A stretch of 64,000 nt of DNA from a bacterium (GTDB lineage Bacteria > UBA8248 > JACPRG01 > G963555815): contig OZ244653.1 of NCBI GenBank assembly GCA_965218795.1, forward strand, positions 2,144,001-2,208,000. The letters run 5' to 3'. Below the pieces are notes generated by a model. The model searched no databases and was not told the DNA's origin. It saw nothing but the letters and a program-made list of their open reading frames with translations. Below are positions 60,031-64,000 of the stretch, one piece after another (the stretch's first letter is position 1; every line of letters starts with the position of its first letter). Made by a program: the position numbers and the translations under genes.

Positions 60031-61428
60031 ATGAGTTCCCCCAAACGGAAGATGGTGGAATGGATGAACGAGCGCGAGTCGCACTGGACCGACATCAGCC
60101 GAGACCTTTGGGAGCATCCGGAGCTCGCGATGGAGGAGCATTACTCTGCAGCCCTTTTGGCGGATGAACTGGAGAAGGAGGGTTTCGAGGTGGAGCGGGG
60201 CGTGGCCGAGATGCCGACGGCCTTTGTGGCCTCCTGGGGGAGCGGCTCTCCCACAATCGGCATTTTGTGCGAGTACGACGCCCTGCCGGGTCTGTCCAAC
60301 GAGGCGGTGCCGGAGCGAAGTTCGAGCGTGGAGGGGGGTCCAGGTCACGGTTGCGGCCACAACCTGATCGGGACCGGGGGCATGGCCGCGGCCGTGGCGG
60401 TTCGATCCGTTCTGGAGAAGGAGAAGTTGCCCGGAACGGTCAAGCTGTTCGGCACGCCGGCGGAGGAGACCCTAGCCGGGAAGGTCTTCATGACGCGGGA
60501 CAGGGTGTTCGAAGGGCTGGACGCCGTCCTCACCTGGCACCCGATGTGGGAGAACGAGGCCACCTTTGAGAGCTGTCTGGCCCTCTACTCGATCAAGTTC
60601 GCCTTTCAGGGACGGTCGTGTCACATTCCTTCCACGCCCGAGGCCGGAAGAAACGCCCTCGACGCCGTCGAGCTGATGAATGTGGCGGCCAACATGCGTC
60701 GCAAGCACCTTCCCCCTGGGGCGACCCTCGAATACGTCGCCCTGGAAGGCGGGAGCTTTCCGAACGTGGTTCCGGACTTGGCGGAGGCTTGGTATTACGT
60801 CCGGGCCCCCGAGGTCGGGATACTGCGCGCGGGCGTGGAGGAGCTGGAGAACGCCGCCCGGGGGGCCGCCGTGGCCACGGGAACGGAGGTGGCTTGGCGG
60901 GTGGTCACGGGTTGCTATCCTTATCTCCCCAACCGCGCCTTTGCCGAGCTTCTGTATGAGAATCTGCAAGAAGTCGGCCCCCCCCAGTATTCGGAAAAGG
61001 ATCACGCTTTTGCCAGAAATCTCCAAAAGACGTTCGCCGCTCCTCCCGGAGAGGCCCTGGACGAGGGTCTCCGACTGACGGGAGACTTCGTGGGGCCCTA
61101 CAGCCAGGATGACGGAGACCTCTCCTGGCTCTGCCCGTTGGGCCTGGTTCATACCTCCGCCTGGGTCCGCGGTGTCCCCGCGCACACCTGGCAGGTGGTG
61201 GCCACCTCCGGGATGTCCATCGGGTTCAAGGCCATGATCAGCGCCGCCAAGACGATGGCCGCGGGGGCCCTGGACCTCTTCACCCAGCCGACGCGGCTCG
61301 AAGCACTCCAGAAGGAGTTTCGCGAACGAACGGATGGATTCGAGTACGAAGGCCTGGTGTCCAAGGAGGTGAAGCCGCTTGAGGCGGATTCGCCGCCCTA
61401 TGATTTTTCGGGTTCCCGGGCCGGGTGA
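60031..61428 (+). CDS. M20 amidohydrolase (AbgB/p-aminobenzoyl-glutamate hydrolase B-like)
   Basis: EYDALPGLS, GHGCGHNL, GTPAEE, WHP, GRNALDA, NVVP, HTWQ. Confidence 0.9.
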   Translation: MSSPKRKMVEWMNERESHWTDISRDLWEHPELAMEEHYSAALLADELEKEGFEVERGVAEMPTAFVASWGSGSPTIGILCEYDALPGLSNEAVPERSSSVEGGPGHGCGHNLIGTGGMAAAVAVRSVLEKEKLPGTVKLFGTPAEETLAGKVFMTRDRVFEGLDAVLTWHPMWENEATFESCLALYSIKFAFQGRSCHIPSTPEAGRNALDAVELMNVAANMRRKHLPPGATLEYVALEGGSFPNVVPDLAEAWYYVRAPEVGILRAGVEELENAARGAAVATGTEVAWRVVTGCYPYLPNRAFAELLYENLQEVGPPQYSEKDHAFARNLQKTFAAPPGEALDEGLRLTGDFVGPYSQDDGDLSWLCPLGLVHTSAWVRGVPAHTWQVVATSGMSIGFKAMISAAKTMAAGALDLFTQPTRLEALQKEFRERTDGFEYEGLVSKEVKPLEADSPPYDFSGSRAG

Positions 61429-61485
61429 GTTCCCACGCCGGTCCGGCTGCGCTTGGAATGAAGCCGCAAGAGGAGAAGACGCCTG

Positions 61486-62868
61486 ATGGACAGATCGAAA
61501 TCGAACGCCGTGGAGTGGATCGAGGAGCGACGCGAAAGATTCACCGACATCGCCCAGCGGATCTGGGAGCACCCGGAACTCGCGATGGAGGAGCATTTTT
61601 CCGCAGCCCTTTTGGCGGATGAGTTGGAGCAGGAAGGTTTCACGATGGAGCGGGGCGTGGCCGAGATGCCGACGGCTTTTGTCGCCTCCTGGGGGAGCGG
61701 CTCTCCCACGATCGGCATCATGTGCGAGTACGACGCCCTGCCGGGTCTGTCCAACGAAGCGGTGCCGGAGCGAAAGCCGATCGTGGAGGGGGGGCCGGGT
61801 CACGGTTGCGGTCACAACCTGATCGGAACCGGGAGCATGGCCGCCGCCATGGCGGTTCGCTCCGTCCTGGAGAAGGAGAAGCTGCCCGGAACCGTCAAGC
61901 TGTTCGGCACGCCGGCAGAGGAAACCCTGGCCGGGAAGGTCTTCATGACGCGGGACAAGGTGTTCGAAGGGCTGGACGCCGCCCTTACCTGGCACCCCTA
62001 TGGCAAGAACCGCGCGACCTATGAGAGCAGCCTGGCCCTGCTGTCAGTTCGGTTCGCCTTCGAAGGAAAGACGTGTCACATTCCCTCCCGGCCCGAGGCC
62101 GGGCGCAACGCCCTGGACGCCGCCGACCTGATGAACGTGGCGGCCAACATGCGTCGCAAGCATTTCCCTCCCGGAACCACCATGGAATACGTCCTTCTGG
62201 AGGGCGGAAACTACCCGAACGTGATTCCGGACCTGGCGGAGGTGTGGTATTTCATCCGGTCGCCCGAGGTCAACCGGCTGGAGGAGGTCTTCCGGGACGT
62301 ACAGAACGCCGCCCGGGGAGCCGCTCTGGCGACCCGGACCGAAGTAAAAATGAAGATGGTCAGCGGCTGTTACGGATATCTTCCCAACAAGTCGCTGACT
62401 CGAGTCGCCTTCGAGAATTTCCAGCTCGTGGGAGCCCCCAGGTTCACCCAGGAGGAAAAGGCCCTGGCGCACGCCCTTCAGCGGACCCTGGACATCGAGA
62501 TGGAGGAGCCGCTGGATGAGGGGATCGAATTTCACGGAGATGAGGTGGGGCTCTTCTCCCAGGACGACGGGGATCTTTCCTGGCTCTGCCCGCTGACTCG
62601 AATCCGCACGTCCGCCTGGGTGGATGGCGTCCCGTCTCATACGTGGCAGACGACCGTCAGCTGCGGAACCTCGATCGGATACAAGGGGATGATGGTGGCG
62701 GCGGAGGCGATGACCCTGACGGCCCTGGACCTGTACACCCGGCCGGAAGCCCTGAAGGCGGCGAAGGAGGAATTCGATGATCGGACCCGCGGATTCGAGT
62801 ACCGCTGCCTGATCCCTCCGGACGTGAAGCCCATTGGAGACCCGCCGTCCATGCCGCTGTCTTCCTAA
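61486..62868 (+). CDS. M20 amidohydrolase (AbgB-like), tandem paralog
   Basis: Same motifs as the upstream paralog; 5' third near-identical at DNA level. Confidence 0.9.
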   Translation: MDRSKSNAVEWIEERRERFTDIAQRIWEHPELAMEEHFSAALLADELEQEGFTMERGVAEMPTAFVASWGSGSPTIGIMCEYDALPGLSNEAVPERKPIVEGGPGHGCGHNLIGTGSMAAAMAVRSVLEKEKLPGTVKLFGTPAEETLAGKVFMTRDKVFEGLDAALTWHPYGKNRATYESSLALLSVRFAFEGKTCHIPSRPEAGRNALDAADLMNVAANMRRKHFPPGTTMEYVLLEGGNYPNVIPDLAEVWYFIRSPEVNRLEEVFRDVQNAARGAALATRTEVKMKMVSGCYGYLPNKSLTRVAFENFQLVGAPRFTQEEKALAHALQRTLDIEMEEPLDEGIEFHGDEVGLFSQDDGDLSWLCPLTRIRTSAWVDGVPSHTWQTTVSCGTSIGYKGMMVAAEAMTLTALDLYTRPEALKAAKEEFDDRTRGFEYRCLIPPDVKPIGDPPSMPLSS

Positions 62869-63029
62869 CCTGACAGAATGAAGGCATGGATCCGGGGCGG
62901 ATGCGTCGTGGCTTTCGAAGACGATACCCGCAAGGCCTTCCGGGGAGGGGGCGGGCGTCTTTGGGAATGACCATATTATCCACGCAGGCGGCGGCGATGA
63001 GGGAGATCAGGAATCCAGGCCCCATCACC

Positions 63030-63180
63030 TCGCCGCCGAAGCAGGTCGCGCAGAAGAAGTCCCCAGCCCGCAGATCCCCAGCGCGAACACGCCGGTAGTG
63101 CGCGCGTCGCGCCTGCGGCGAGCTCGGTGTGCTCGTAGCTCGTCGCCGAGGCGCCCAGCTTGCCCGCGTAGTCGTCCCGG
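63030..63180 (-). pseudogene. Frameshifted fibronectin type III-like domain fragment
   Basis: ATSYEHTELAAGATR / HYR / VFALG..GLG.SS read across two frameshifts. Confidence 0.45.
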
Positions 63181-63392
63181 AAGCACGCGCTCCACGCAGG
63201 CGGACGGCAAGACCTCTCCCACCACGTTGAACACGGCGTCGTCATCAAGGGCGTCGCGCGGATCCGCTGGAGCTTTTCCAACAATCGCTGGGGCACCCGT
63301 CCCTATTCCAGATTCCTGCCCCCGACGAAGACATTCGGGAGCAGGCCGGCAGGAATGACAAGAGTTGGTGAGGCTCTCAATCTTTCGGAACC

Positions 63393-63612
63393 GCGGCTAC
63401 GAGGATGCCGACGACTGCGACGCCTTGCGTTCGGACCCAATGTTCAAGATGGCAGTGGGGCAAGCGCCAGAAAGCGGCCGCAACCTGTGTTCGCAGCCGA
63501 CCATGAGTCGACTGGAGAACACGCCATCACGCATCGAAACGGCGCGGATGACAGCGGCGCCGGTCGATACCTTCTGCCGGAGCTTCCGCGCGCCCCCCGC
63601 CACCGTCACCCT
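63393..63612 (+). mobile_element. IS1380-family transposase internal fragment
   Basis: GYEDADDCDALRSDPMFKMAVG..PES...LCSQPTMSRLEN...VTL. Confidence 0.85.
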
Positions 63613-63649
63613 CGCCGGTGGTCCCGTTTATGTTGTTCGGCTTGGATAT

Positions 63650-63878
63650 AGGGAAGCTGAGGGGTGAGCTCCTGAACGTGGAGGTGTTTGAGACGCTGAA
63701 GGAAGCCCAGGTGCTGGTGCGGGAGTACAACCAGCGACGGCCTCACAGCGCCTTGGCCTACCAGCCGCCGGCGCCACAGGCCAGATTCCCAAGATCCCAA
63801 GCCCTGGCGCCGGTTCCCCGGAGTGGACTTCAAAGGGTCCCGTGTCTAACGTAGCAGGTCGTCTCGTTGGGGGGTCAG
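63650..63878 (+). mobile_element. IS3-family transposase C-terminal fragment with probable right end
   Basis: GKLRGELLNVEVFETLKEAQVL...YNQRRPHSALAYQPPAP, ending in ...TTGGGGGTCA. Confidence 0.8.
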
Positions 63879-64000
63879 CGATCGGACCGGATAGGGTCGG
63901 CAAACCTTCGGGTTGCCGGACTCTTGCACAGGGTCGGCGGCCCAGGTTGACTCGCCAACGGTATGCTCCTACCATCCACGTGAGTCGACTCAAGAACCGG

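Overview
High-GC bacterial DNA, densely packed with catabolic enzyme paralogs and transporters; I could not assign a taxon with confidence. Positions 1-33.3 kb form a catabolic super-cluster. It holds 2 UbiD decarboxylases, 2 hydantoinase/oxoprolinase A+B pairs, 2 xanthine-dehydrogenase-family Mo enzymes, SDRs, Fe- and Zn-ADHs, an OYE-type reductase, 3 tandem GMC oxidoreductases, CoxG, a CocE hydrolase and a single-chain triple-Rid protein; N-heterocycle breakdown is the inferred role. Positions 33.7-36.3 kb carry a glucosyl/mannosylglycerate synthase-phosphatase pair with a candidate GEMM-I-like leader RNA. These are followed by a Rieske oxygenase, GGT, a secreted MBL-fold hydrolase, an AGCS symporter and a PPOX-like protein. 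A 43.4-49.9 kb cassette encodes a divergent adenine-deaminase-like enzyme, an SDR and an Rbs-type ABC transporter. Positions 50-54 kb are decayed defence and IS remnants. Next come an Opp/Dpp ABC operon whose Tat-type binding protein is circularly permuted, two AbgB-like M20 paralogs, and further IS/FN3 debris. I recognised no rRNA, tRNA, CRISPR array or transcription-factor gene. All calls come from motif recognition by eye, with no database searches.
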